This document shows, piece after piece, positions 1-9,230 of a stretch of 64,000 nucleotides of DNA. The position numbers and the translations under genes are program-made. The first letter of the stretch is position 1, and each line of letters starts with the position of its first letter. Origin of the DNA: Chlamydiales bacterium (GTDB lineage: Bacteria > Chlamydiota > Chlamydiia > Chlamydiales > JAAKFR01); the NCBI GenBank assembly GCA_020831465.1, contig JAFIGI010000030.1, positions 11,891 to 75,890 on the forward strand, in the 5' to 3' direction. Below the pieces are notes generated by a model. It saw only the letters and a list, made by a program, of their open reading frames with translations. It searched no databases and had not been told where the DNA came from.

Positions 1-1457
1 CGGGTCATCCACCCCCTCTCTTCTCCACAATACCATCTCAACAACGGTCTGGGAAGTGTAGACAATGTCGGAGAGATATTAATGTATTTGCCGATCGTTG
101 TGGCCCCCTCCACAAACATCTGAACCGAACACTCTTTGAAAACTTCTCCATTAAACTGCCGGCTGGCGACATAACGCCATTCTGTAGGAGGCACTTGGTA
201 GATTCCGATCTTACGATCGAACAAATAGGAATCGACCTCATTGAGCGGTTCGGAATTCCCCTTCATGCACTCCCTAGGCGAGACAAACCAACGTTTGATT
301 TTCGCATACCATTGCGGATTGTTACACCCGTGCGGTCCTTCGTCTCCCGGCTTAACAACCAAGATCGTGCGTCCATGCCGGTCGCGCGCATAGCGGGCTC
401 CGCCCGATCCCCCGTCCCCGACTCGCTCCAGATCTAACCCCAATTTGTAGGCAAAGTTATATTCTTCAAGGACTAAATCCATAAACTTCGCTTCAAGCGT
501 CGCTTTGGCTTCTCTCTGTTCTAGGGCTCGGTAGGTCTTCATAGCCGTTTTGAGCGCATCTCTTTTCTCTTTAAGCTGCGAACCGAATGCCTCCGCTACC
601 ACCCCTTCAAGATAGGAACCCTCGACAATTGCGCCCCGGTCATAGATCCCTTTAACAACCTCCCTACCCTTTCGCATTTTGCGTATGACAGGCTTCATCC
701 GCATGAGAGGGCCTTCTGTAAAGATTTTGTTCAAGACGGCCTTGTGCGTCTTGGTCACTTTGGTTTTCTGCAATGCGCAATTTAATTGACTGAGCGTGCT
801 GGTCACGACATCTCGTACGTCTTTTTCTTGAGATTGCTGCTGGTACCAGTAGACCCCTTCCAGCTCCCCTTGCACATTGACGCGAAAATGCTCCCCTTCT
901 TTACGCTTGATCAGCCTTGCAAAGTTGGCATTGCCTTTATCATCCTCCAAATCCAATTCAAGAAATGGGGAATCCTCGGGTTTTAAATCCTCAACAGTAT
1001 AATCTTCATAAGTCTCTCCAACTTTTACACGGACTGTGTTAGGACTAAGGGAATATCTAGAAAGTTGATTATGACAGAAAAAGAGAGTGCGATCCAAAAC
1101 ACGCGGACTAAGATGTCCAATCCGTTGAAAAAGCATCCCGACGCAAAAACGATTCATCTTTTCATCACGGTTTCGTGAAAGATAGTCATTGTAATTTTTC
1201 AACGCCTCTGAAACGACCTCCTTTACCGCCTTCTGCTCTGCTTTGCGATTCCAAAAATAGGAAAGGCGGTTCCAAAATCCCTCAATAATTACGAGACGCC
1301 CTTCCTGATTCGCTCGAAAGAGAGTGCCCGGCTCTGTTCGATCGAAAAGGAGTTGAAGATTGTACCCATTATTCGCATTTGTTGGTGTTAGATAAAATAT
1401 CTCGCGCTGCTGGCGATGGTGGACTGTTACAGAGGTTGGGTAGTAAGCTTCGGTCAT
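1..1457 (-). CDS. Partial CDS (C-terminus lies beyond the window edge) with a type II phosphatidylinositol 4-kinase-like (PI3/PI4-kinase superfamily) domain
   Basis: Absent from the ORF track because there is no stop inside the window. Hand translation gives ATG at 1457-1455 with an in-frame TAA upstream, open for 485 codons down to position 3. Positions ~3-430 encode LERVGDGGSGGARYARDRHGRTILVVKPGDEGPHGCNNPQWYAKIKRWFVSPRECMKGNSEPLNEVDSYLFDRKIGIYQVPPTEWRYVASRQFNGEVFKECSVQMFVEG. This is colinear with the PI4K-II N-lobe as I recall it (GSSGSYF..G.IIAVFKP.NEEP.G..NPKW ... GYLSE.GASLVD.KL.LNIVP.T ... GSFQLFVEG). Confidence 0.7.
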   Translation of the reverse strand, partial: MTEAYYPTSVTVHHRQQREIFYLTPTNANNGYNLQLLFDRTEPGTLFRANQEGRLVIIEGFWNRLSYFWNRKAEQKAVKEVVSEALKNYNDYLSRNRDEKMNRFCVGMLFQRIGHLSPRVLDRTLFFCHNQLSRYSLSPNTVRVKVGETYEDYTVEDLKPEDSPFLELDLEDDKGNANFARLIKRKEGEHFRVNVQGELEGVYWYQQQSQEKDVRDVVTSTLSQLNCALQKTKVTKTHKAVLNKIFTEGPLMRMKPVIRKMRKGREVVKGIYDRGAIVEGSYLEGVVAEAFGSQLKEKRDALKTAMKTYRALEQREAKATLEAKFMDLVLEEYNFAYKLGLDLERVGDGGSGGARYARDRHGRTILVVKPGDEGPHGCNNPQWYAKIKRWFVSPRECMKGNSEPLNEVDSYLFDRKIGIYQVPPTEWRYVASRQFNGEVFKECSVQMFVEGATTIGKYINISPTLSTLPRPLLRWYCGEERGWMT

Positions 1458-1638
1458 GAGTTTAGTTAAAAATGACTCAAAAAATGCTAACAGAATAACA
1501 TTAATAGTTTATAAATTTCCAGCTTCGCAAAATTAAAATATAAATTTACATTCATGAGCGAGGAGAAAATGCGCACTTGTGAAAAAACCCAGGGATCTGT
1601 TGAATGTTTTTGTCAATAACCCCTATTAATGAGAAGTA

Positions 1639-4122
1639 ATGGGAAAATCTCTGATCATCGTGGAGTCTCCGGCAAAGATCAAAACTCTGAAAAAATTTTT
1701 GGGGAGCGGGTATGAATTTGCCTCTTCTGTAGGTCATGTCCGCGATCTCCCCCAAAAGGGGTTCGGGATCGATGTCGAGCATGATTTTGAGCCTCAATAT
1801 CAGGTCCTCCCTGATAAAAAGGAAGTGATCTCAAAGCTAAAAAAGGCGGCCAAAGAGTGCGATACGGTCTATCTCTCCCCCGATCCCGACCGTGAAGGAG
1901 AGGCGATCGCCTGGCATATTGCGTCACTGCTTCCCTCAAACACGAACATCAAAAGAGCTGCATTCAACGCGATCACCAAAGAGGCTGTTTTGGAGGCGTT
2001 GAACAATCCGGAAGAGATCAATATCGCTCTTGTAAATGCCCAGCAGGCACGTCGTCTTCTCGACCGCATCGTTGGATACAAAATTTCTCCCATTTTAGCC
2101 CGCAAACTCCAACAGCGCTCGGGTGTTTCCGCGGGCAGGGTACAATCAGCCGCTCTCAAACTCGTCGTCGACCGGGAAAAAGAGATTGAAGCTTTCAAGC
2201 CGGTCGAGTACTGGAATCTCGGCGCAATTCTGCAAGATGGGGAACCCTCCAAGAAATTTCTGGCCCGCCTCCATTCGATCGATGGGAAGAGATGGGAGAA
2301 AGAGGCTGTTGAGGGAAAGGACGTGGCGCTCATACCCGACGAAAAGAGCGCCCGCCAGGTTGCAGCACGCCTTCAAAAAGCGCAATACCGCGTCGAGAAA
2401 GTCGAGAAAAAAGAGAAGAAACGAAATCCCGAACCCCCATTTATTACCTCAACTCTTCAACAGGAAGCAAGCCGCCATTTTCGTTTCAATGCATCGAGAA
2501 CGATGAGCATCGCCCAATCGCTTTATGAGGGAGTCGACCTAGATAGCGAGGGTGCGGAAGGATTGATCACCTACATGCGTACCGATTCGGTCCGCCTCGA
2601 GCCGGTCGCTATGAATGAAGCTAGAAGCTTTATCTCCAGCCATTACGGCAAGGAATTCCTCCCGGAAAAGCCGCGCCTCTATTCTACAAAAAAAGCTGCG
2701 CAGGATGCCCATGAGGCAATCCGTCCTACTAATATCAACCATCCTCCTGAAGTGGTGAAGCCTTTTCTAACGCGTGATCAATATCTACTCTACGAACTGA
2801 TTTGGAAACGCTTTATCGCTTGTCAAATGGAACCGGCTATTTATGACACGATCTCAGCAGATATCGCGACCGATCAAAATATCATTCTGCGCGCTACGGG
2901 ATCAACGATCAAATTTAAGGGATTTTTAGTTATTTACGAGGAGAAAGAAGATGAAGAGAATGAAGAAGAGAACCCCACTCTTCCGCCGCTGAAAGCCGAT
3001 CTTCCCCTCCACCTGGTCGAGGTCACTTCTGAACAAGCCTTTACTAAACATCCTCCCCGCTTCACAGAAGCCTCTCTGGTCAAAGAGCTTGAAAAATCTG
3101 GAATCGGTCGTCCCTCAACCTATGCTTCTATTATGAACAAGATCCAGGGGCGCGATTACACCTTGAAAGAGAATCAGCGGCTCAGACCGACCGAGCTTGG
3201 ACGCGTGATCGCCCAATTCCTAGAAGATAATTTTAAACAGATCATGAATATCGGCTTTACCGCCGATATGGAAGATACTCTTGAACTTGTGGCTGCGAAC
3301 AAAAAAGAGTGGAAGGCAGTCATCCGTGAATTTTGGGAGCAGTTTATTCCAATTGTCGAGATCGCCGAAAAAGAGGCCTATGTTCCAAAGATCGATACCG
3401 ACATCCAATGTCCCAAGTGCAAAGAGGCGCATCTGCAGAAAATATGGTCTAAATCGCGTTATTTCTATGGTTGCTCAAACTATCCCGATTGCGATTACAC
3501 AGCGTCCATCGAAGAGTTGAATTTCAAAAAAGAGGATTATGCCCCAAATTTTGATTGGGATCAGCCCTGCCCGATTTGCGGCGGACCAACCAAGATTCGC
3601 CATGGACGCTACGGCCCTTTCCTCGGCTGTTCTAAGTATCCTGAGTGCAAAGGAATCGTCAATATCCCCAGAGAGGGCGAGAAGATTGAGGAGACGCCTC
3701 CCTGTCCTGCGCTAGAGTGTGACGGCAAGATTGTTTCCCGCCGCTCTCGCTTTGGCAAACTCTTCTATTCCTGCTCAAATTTCCCAGACTGCGACGTGAT
3801 TGTGAATGACCTCACTCAGCTGGAAGAGAAGTACTCCAACCATCCCAAAACCCCCTACCAGAAGAAAAAAGGGGGCGGCAAAGGGGGAGGGGGCGGCAAG
3901 CTCTCTCCTTCAAAAGAGCTCGCCGCGGTGATCGGAGAGGATTCCGTGACGCGCGGAGAGGCGATCAAAAAAGTCTGGGAGCACATCAAATCTCATGGCC
4001 TGCAGGATCCGGATGACAAACGACAAATCCTTCCCGACGAGAAGTTAGCTGCCGTTTTTGGGACTAAAGAACCTGTCAGCATGTTCCGCATTTCCGGTTT
4101 TCTGGGAAAACACCTCAGCTAA
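1639..4122 (+). CDS. topA: DNA topoisomerase I with C-terminal SWIB/MDM2 domain
   Basis: 827-aa ORF. Toprim N-terminus MGKSLIIVESPAKIKTL, topo IA core, and three C4 zinc ribbons (CPKC..C..C, CPIC..C..C, CPALEC..C..C). A Gly/Lys linker KKKGGGKGGGGGK precedes a ~74-aa SWIB-like tail (3898-4119). The TopA-SWIB fusion is a chlamydial hallmark. Confidence 0.95.
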   Translation: MGKSLIIVESPAKIKTLKKFLGSGYEFASSVGHVRDLPQKGFGIDVEHDFEPQYQVLPDKKEVISKLKKAAKECDTVYLSPDPDREGEAIAWHIASLLPSNTNIKRAAFNAITKEAVLEALNNPEEINIALVNAQQARRLLDRIVGYKISPILARKLQQRSGVSAGRVQSAALKLVVDREKEIEAFKPVEYWNLGAILQDGEPSKKFLARLHSIDGKRWEKEAVEGKDVALIPDEKSARQVAARLQKAQYRVEKVEKKEKKRNPEPPFITSTLQQEASRHFRFNASRTMSIAQSLYEGVDLDSEGAEGLITYMRTDSVRLEPVAMNEARSFISSHYGKEFLPEKPRLYSTKKAAQDAHEAIRPTNINHPPEVVKPFLTRDQYLLYELIWKRFIACQMEPAIYDTISADIATDQNIILRATGSTIKFKGFLVIYEEKEDEENEEENPTLPPLKADLPLHLVEVTSEQAFTKHPPRFTEASLVKELEKSGIGRPSTYASIMNKIQGRDYTLKENQRLRPTELGRVIAQFLEDNFKQIMNIGFTADMEDTLELVAANKKEWKAVIREFWEQFIPIVEIAEKEAYVPKIDTDIQCPKCKEAHLQKIWSKSRYFYGCSNYPDCDYTASIEELNFKKEDYAPNFDWDQPCPICGGPTKIRHGRYGPFLGCSKYPECKGIVNIPREGEKIEETPPCPALECDGKIVSRRSRFGKLFYSCSNFPDCDVIVNDLTQLEEKYSNHPKTPYQKKKGGGKGGGGGKLSPSKELAAVIGEDSVTRGEAIKKVWEHIKSHGLQDPDDKRQILPDEKLAAVFGTKEPVSMFRISGFLGKHLS

Positions 4123-4143
4123 CTTATTTTTGATTAATCGACT

Positions 4144-4194
4144 ATATAGCAGAATCAGGTGAAAATGTAAGTTTTTCAACTGGTTCCGCTATAT
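4144..4194. repeat. Palindromic intergenic repeat, full copy (two ~22-nt arms and a 6-nt loop)
   Basis: atatagcagaatcaggtgaaaa-tgtaag-tttttcaactggttccgctatat, with arms about 19/22 complementary. It lies between convergent topA and thyX, and the right arm overlaps the thyX stop codon. Confidence 0.9.
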
Positions 4195-5813
4195 CACTTT
4201 TTTTCGTGTTTTCTTTGTTCTTGAGCGAGGCGGCCGAGATCATGCCCCTCATAGTCGACAAACTTGAAGAAGGCTTCAAAGAGGGGAAGGGCTTCGCTCA
4301 CTTGGCGAGCCATCTCTTGCGCAGTATAGCGGTAGTTGGGATGGCCGGCAGCCTGAGAGCGGAGCTCGCACAACCATTGCAGAGCCCGCAGATTGACGTG
4401 GAAGTACCATCGGACATTGTAGGCCATAGGAACGACATATTGAGCTTCTTCAGGAAGTTCCTCAGAAATTAAATCAAAAACATCTTTGGCGATATCCATC
4501 GCCTCCCGGTAGCTCTTCTCCATCGGGGTGTCGAGGATCTCTTCGGGAATGTAGTAGCCGTAGTCGGTCGTCAGGAGCTGGCGCTCCTGGGTGAGCATGC
4601 GGTGGCGGTGAAGGTCGCGGTAAATGCCGAAATCCCCGATAATTTCAAAGGTAAATTGGGCGTGCTCAAGCGCACGGGGCGATTTTTGCCGCCGGTTCTC
4701 CCGCATCGACGAGGCAGCGTCGAATATCTTGGCGATCTCTTCATTGGAGAGTTCGCGACAATAGGCACGGAGCTCTTCCAAACTGTTGTTTCCTTGAGCA
4801 AAAAGGAGCGCTGCCGCTACTTTATGGACGCCCTCCGCATCGTAATCGATTAGCCGCACTCCCGCCCTAGATTCGCCAAGCGGTATCGTGTGGTGGGATG
4901 CGACATTTTTCAGCTGTTCCTGCATCGACTCGAAACATTGGGCAAAAGTTTCGTGATGACGGTGACTGCTCTCAGAACGTCGGACAAATGAAGGGATCAC
5001 TTTTGACAGCTCCTCATAAGACTGCTTCCCGATTTCCTGGAGCTCGGCTAGCATCTGACACTGAAGCTTGTGGATGAGGCTCTCCCAAAAACGGCCGTTC
5101 CCATAAACTCCCATATTAGTGAGAGTACCAGCAGGAAGAAGCCCCCGCAGACAGTCAAGAACTTTAGCGCGCAATGCAGCTGTATAGGCAGCCTTCGACT
5201 TTTCCTGCTCTTTCGGGAATTTTTTTTCCATCAACTCGGTCAAAGGGGGTATCAGCTTGGAATACGTTTCAAAGAGGTGGTCGCATGTTTTCAGGAAAGG
5301 TTCGCGATAAGCCGATGTCATCAAAATGGGCTCGCGGTAATAGAGGTAGTGATCGTTCACTTTTTGATCGAAATAGATGTATCGGGTCGATTTTTCAAGA
5401 GGGGAACCGCCGATGCGGCTGTCTTCGATCATTTTTGCGGCAAGCATGGAGACATTCTCAATGGCTAAATGGGCACCCCCAAGTTCGCCGATCGAATCGT
5501 CGCCGTAGCCGTCCAAAATACGGTCATAAAAATTTTGGGCCCGTTTAATGGCGACTACCTGGTCCTCGGGATTTTCAGCTTCATGCTCCTCCCGGCATCC
5601 AACTATAGCATCGAATGCGGTCTCTTCACCCTGAATAAATTCCTTCAAAAGGAGGGAGCGCAGACCCAAACTGGAGCGGGAATAGCGGGAAAAAAGAGCT
5701 CCCTTAATCACCTCGGGGAGATTGCGAAGAACGAAAATATTACTCGAAGTATTGGTGACAAATCGTTCAAGAATACGAATTTGGGTTTCGGTAAAATCTT
5801 CGTAATCTTCCAT
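4194..5813 (-). CDS. thyX: FAD-dependent thymidylate synthase, long chlamydial-type ThyX
   Basis: 539-aa ORF with ALFSRYSRS near the N-terminus and a ThyX-type RHR motif (YRDLHRHRMLTQERQ). Its size and position next to hemB match chlamydial ThyX (CT632-like) as I recall. Confidence 0.75.
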   Translation of the reverse strand: MEDYEDFTETQIRILERFVTNTSSNIFVLRNLPEVIKGALFSRYSRSSLGLRSLLLKEFIQGEETAFDAIVGCREEHEAENPEDQVVAIKRAQNFYDRILDGYGDDSIGELGGAHLAIENVSMLAAKMIEDSRIGGSPLEKSTRYIYFDQKVNDHYLYYREPILMTSAYREPFLKTCDHLFETYSKLIPPLTELMEKKFPKEQEKSKAAYTAALRAKVLDCLRGLLPAGTLTNMGVYGNGRFWESLIHKLQCQMLAELQEIGKQSYEELSKVIPSFVRRSESSHRHHETFAQCFESMQEQLKNVASHHTIPLGESRAGVRLIDYDAEGVHKVAAALLFAQGNNSLEELRAYCRELSNEEIAKIFDAASSMRENRRQKSPRALEHAQFTFEIIGDFGIYRDLHRHRMLTQERQLLTTDYGYYIPEEILDTPMEKSYREAMDIAKDVFDLISEELPEEAQYVVPMAYNVRWYFHVNLRALQWLCELRSQAAGHPNYRYTAQEMARQVSEALPLFEAFFKFVDYEGHDLGRLAQEQRKHEKK

Positions 5814-6101
5814 GGACGGCTACCTTTCTATGAGTTTGCAGAACGAGCGTGCCACAAACCTGATTGGACAATCAAGCGAAAATTCATTGTCGAAAAAGTG
5901 TTCATAAAGAGTCGAAATCATGTAGACAATTTGTTTGTTTTTTTTAAAATGTCGAAAACTTCGTTTTTTTCGACAGTTTATCGACAGGTTATTAACAATT
6001 CAGAGCTGAGAGAAAATAGGGGTTTACAAACATTCCCACAGTATATGAAGAAGAGGAGAAATAATAGATTTAAAGAATCTCTTCTTCACACGGAGTTGAA
6101 T
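5814..6101. other. Candidate replication origin / DnaA-box-like repeat cluster in the thyX-hemB spacer
   Basis: Four exact TTWTCGACA 9-mers: 5888-5896 and 5950-5958 (reverse), 5967-5975 and 5978-5986 (forward). One degenerate copy at 5910-5918, TTCTTCACA at 6082-6090, and an AT tract ttgtttgtttttttttaaaa at 5931-5950. Confidence 0.4.
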
Positions 6102-7118
6102 ATGACAATAAAGACGAACCTTACCCCTCTTCTCCTTTACAGGCCGCGGCGCAACAGAAAAAGTGCAGCCGTACGCGCTCTAGTCGAGGAAACGCGGCTT
6201 TCCACTTCCGATCTAATTTATCCTCAGTTTGTTGTAGAGGGATCTGGGATCAGAGATCCTATCTCCAGTATGCCGGGAATCTGCCGGCTGACTCTCGATC
6301 TGTTGATAAAGGAAGCCGAACGTCTTCTCGAATTCGGAATTCCTGGAATCGCGCTCTTTCCCATCATCCCTAAAGAGTTAAAAAACCCGGCAGCAAGCGA
6401 AGCACTCAATCCTCAAGGGATTCTACAGCAGGCTGTACGGGCGATTAAAAGGCACTTTCCACAGCTCTGTGTCATCACCGATATTGCTCTTGACCCTTAC
6501 ACCTCTCATGGCCATGACGGGCTTGTGAACTCGGAAATGGAGATTATGAACGACGAAACTGTGGAAATTTTGTCGCAAATGGCGCTCATTCAGGCTGAGG
6601 CAGGGGTTGATATGGTCGCTCCCAGCGACATGATGGATGGGCGCGTGGGAGCGATTAGGGCGGCGCTTGATCGGAATGGATTTTCCGATGTGGGGATCCA
6701 TGCCTATACCGCTAAATATGCTTCGGCGTTTTACGGTCCCTTTCGAGAGGCCCTTGGCTCAACCCCTTCATTTGGGGATAAAAAAACCTATCAAATGAAT
6801 CCCGCAAATAGCCGCGAAGCGTTGATCGAAGCGCGTTTGGATGAGATGGAGGGAGCCGATATCCTAATGGTAAAGCCTGCCTTGGCCTACTTGGACATAA
6901 TCGCCAAATTGCGCGCAGCAACTTCTCTCCCTATATCAGCCTATCATGTAAGCGGAGAATACGCGATGGTGATGGCAGCAGCGCAAAACGGCTGGCTGGA
7001 TGGCGATCGCGCCCTTTTGGAAAGCGTGCTCAGCATCAAGCGGGCAGGGGCCGACATGATCTTCACTTACGCGGCCCCCAAAATTGCCCAGCTCCTGATC
7101 ACCGACGCTCTCTGTTGA
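6102..7118 (+). CDS. hemB: Porphobilinogen synthase (delta-aminolevulinate dehydratase), Asp-rich (non-Zn) type
   Basis: The track ORF 5469..7118 is trimmed to ATG 6102, with GGAG 7 nt upstream, because the upstream part is antisense to thyX. Motifs seen: RPRRNR, DIALDPYTSHGHDG, active-site MVKPAL, YHVSGEYAM. Confidence 0.93.
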   Translation: MTIKTNLTPLLLYRPRRNRKSAAVRALVEETRLSTSDLIYPQFVVEGSGIRDPISSMPGICRLTLDLLIKEAERLLEFGIPGIALFPIIPKELKNPAASEALNPQGILQQAVRAIKRHFPQLCVITDIALDPYTSHGHDGLVNSEMEIMNDETVEILSQMALIQAEAGVDMVAPSDMMDGRVGAIRAALDRNGFSDVGIHAYTAKYASAFYGPFREALGSTPSFGDKKTYQMNPANSREALIEARLDEMEGADILMVKPALAYLDIIAKLRAATSLPISAYHVSGEYAMVMAAAQNGWLDGDRALLESVLSIKRAGADMIFTYAAPKIAQLLITDALC

Positions 7119-9213
7119 GAGTCTCGAAGAGCTCCCTTCCTGTTGAAATCGAGTAGCCGGCGTCGCGCAGCCATGCTGCCATTCCATAACTCCAAATCTT
7201 GCGGCTGCTGCACTTGAAGAAAAAATCGAATGGAATTTCGACAGCGATCCCGCGGTCGTAATAATTCCTCTCATGAATTTTGTCGTGGGCATCGGTATAG
7301 GTGATCCATCCCGTTAGCCGGATTCCATTCTCAAAATAGCGCGTAAGCTCGAGCCGAACCCCTTTGTCACCTGCTAGAAATTGTCCAAGGCTCGCCTTGA
7401 TAAAGATCCTTAGATCAGGAAACTCCATATAAAAATCGAGAAAATATTGCTGAAACGTTGTGCAGGGGCTGAAAACGGGTCTCTTTCCCTCGAAATGACG
7501 GATTTCCGATTGAAAGCCTAATCCTGTGTACTTCCGCTTTTTGACTATGGCTCCCTCCAACCCTATCGCGATATAACTGTGGGCCGGATACCAAAGAGCT
7601 TCAGCCGCAATCCCTGCGTAGTTCACTTGAAAATAGCCCCCCGAGAGACGTCCAAAATAGCCGCAACCGAAATTCCAGCTTTTCTGCAAGTAGAGCCTGT
7701 CCCAAGAGAGGGCGTGAGACTGGCGGTAGCGGATAAAGTCGGTCGCTACGTTGGGGAGTTGCGAGGGAAAGAAGAGATCGAAATCTCCCAAGTCGCGAAT
7801 ATTCGAGAAGAGGGTATTGCTCACCTGGATCTCGTAAAACCAATTGTAAGGTAAAAAACCTTCCAATTTTAGCTTAAGTCCAAAATCATACTTCCACTTT
7901 CCCTTGACGCTTCCGAAAAAGTTTTCCATGCGCGGGCTTAAATGCGCGCGCCACAAATCGCAGCGACGGTGAAAAATCAAATCGGCAGGAGGGCAGGGAG
8001 ATGCCTCTTCACGCGGCGAGAGGATCTCCATTTCAAACTGAGTCAAAGAATGATCCGCATAACGCAAAAGAAACTCTCTCTCATAAACATATTGTTGACA
8101 GAGAAGGCCGTTTGACTCAATTTGGACAACGACAGTCTGAATATTCGAGGGAGTCAGAGCGGCTAATATCTGCTGCAGGCGGCAGCGAACAACCTCTTCT
8201 TGGCGGTATCGGCAGACGATCAAACGCAACCAGAGTGTTGAGCAATCCACCCAAGCTCGAGTCAATTGAAACCCTTGGTCTTCTAGTGCATAACTCAAGC
8301 TCTGCACCATCACTTCGGGGGGGCGGAAGCACCCGAGAGGGTGGTGGTCGACAGGGGCGGAATAGATGCACGGATCGCCAAATTTGGGGATAAACCCCCG
8401 CGATTTCCCCCAATTGTAGTGAAGCGAACCTGCAGCGGCGAACGCGTCGCCCCTGATGCAGCTGGTTGATAGCTCGAAAATATTGGAAAAGTTGTATTTA
8501 GCTCCGAAGTTAATCGGGGTATGAGAGATCCTTCCTTTAGGATGTGGATCCTCGGAATAGTTTGTCGGGTCGATTTCGGCGGCCACTCCAAGCCCTTTGA
8601 TCCATTTGTTACATTGAATAAATGGAAACAAGTTGAAGCCACCAAAAAACCCTTTGGAGGGTCCATTTCTATAAGTGCCGCTGCCCCAGCCGAAGCTAAT
8701 CTCAAAGCCCCAGTCAGGCCAAACTTGCGTCCCTACAATGAAATAGTTGGTGAATTTTTTCGAGCCCATGAAATCGTCGATTCCAAAGGCAATTCCGGGA
8801 AGGCGGTAGAAGCTCTGCTCAGGTGTGACGATTGCCGCTTTGAAATTGGCGCCTCGGTCAGCGTAATCGCCGAAACCATACTTCCCGATGGAGGGGTCTT
8901 CGCATCCGCGAAAAATTCGATAGTTTGCAGTAAATTCAAGAAAAAAAAAGGGCTGTATCCGCCCATTTATGTTTAAGTAAGGGGGCGCGCGGGCCATTCC
9001 AATGCCCATCTCCCCTTCTTCTGTCATGCGCGCTGAATGGGTCACAAAATACCCTGTGGAGAGGATGTGGTTGAAGGTGGAGGGAAAGCGCTCTTCGAGC
9101 TTCCGGTCCCAATATGCCGCGATCTCAAGCGCGCGCAGAAGTTCGTCAAGCGACTGATCGGCTGGCAGAAGAGAGGGGAGCAAAAGTAAAAGAGGTAACA
9201 GAATCCTTCTCAT
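7099..9213 (-). CDS. YjbH/GfcD-family outer-membrane (exopolysaccharide-associated) protein
   Basis: 704 aa with signal peptide MRRILLPLLLLLPSLLPA. The C-terminus ASLGQFLAGDKGVRLELTRYFENGIRLTGW...DRGIAVEIPFDFFF parallels my recollection of the E. coli YjbH C-terminus ([30 protein letters not shown]...TKGVYVSVPLDLF). Confidence 0.6.
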   Translation of the reverse strand: MRRILLPLLLLLPSLLPADQSLDELLRALEIAAYWDRKLEERFPSTFNHILSTGYFVTHSARMTEEGEMGIGMARAPPYLNINGRIQPFFFLEFTANYRIFRGCEDPSIGKYGFGDYADRGANFKAAIVTPEQSFYRLPGIAFGIDDFMGSKKFTNYFIVGTQVWPDWGFEISFGWGSGTYRNGPSKGFFGGFNLFPFIQCNKWIKGLGVAAEIDPTNYSEDPHPKGRISHTPINFGAKYNFSNIFELSTSCIRGDAFAAAGSLHYNWGKSRGFIPKFGDPCIYSAPVDHHPLGCFRPPEVMVQSLSYALEDQGFQLTRAWVDCSTLWLRLIVCRYRQEEVVRCRLQQILAALTPSNIQTVVVQIESNGLLCQQYVYEREFLLRYADHSLTQFEMEILSPREEASPCPPADLIFHRRCDLWRAHLSPRMENFFGSVKGKWKYDFGLKLKLEGFLPYNWFYEIQVSNTLFSNIRDLGDFDLFFPSQLPNVATDFIRYRQSHALSWDRLYLQKSWNFGCGYFGRLSGGYFQVNYAGIAAEALWYPAHSYIAIGLEGAIVKKRKYTGLGFQSEIRHFEGKRPVFSPCTTFQQYFLDFYMEFPDLRIFIKASLGQFLAGDKGVRLELTRYFENGIRLTGWITYTDAHDKIHERNYYDRGIAVEIPFDFFFKCSSRKIWSYGMAAWLRDAGYSISTGRELFETLNRERR

Positions 9214-9230
9214 GAGAAGGGAAGAATGCC

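Noticed and set aside
5469-6101. N-terminal 211 codons of the track ORF 5469..7118 (apparent 549-aa HemB)
   Set aside because: This part runs antisense through thyX and the spacer and shows no HemB similarity. The HemB homology starts at ATG 6102, which has a GGAG upstream.
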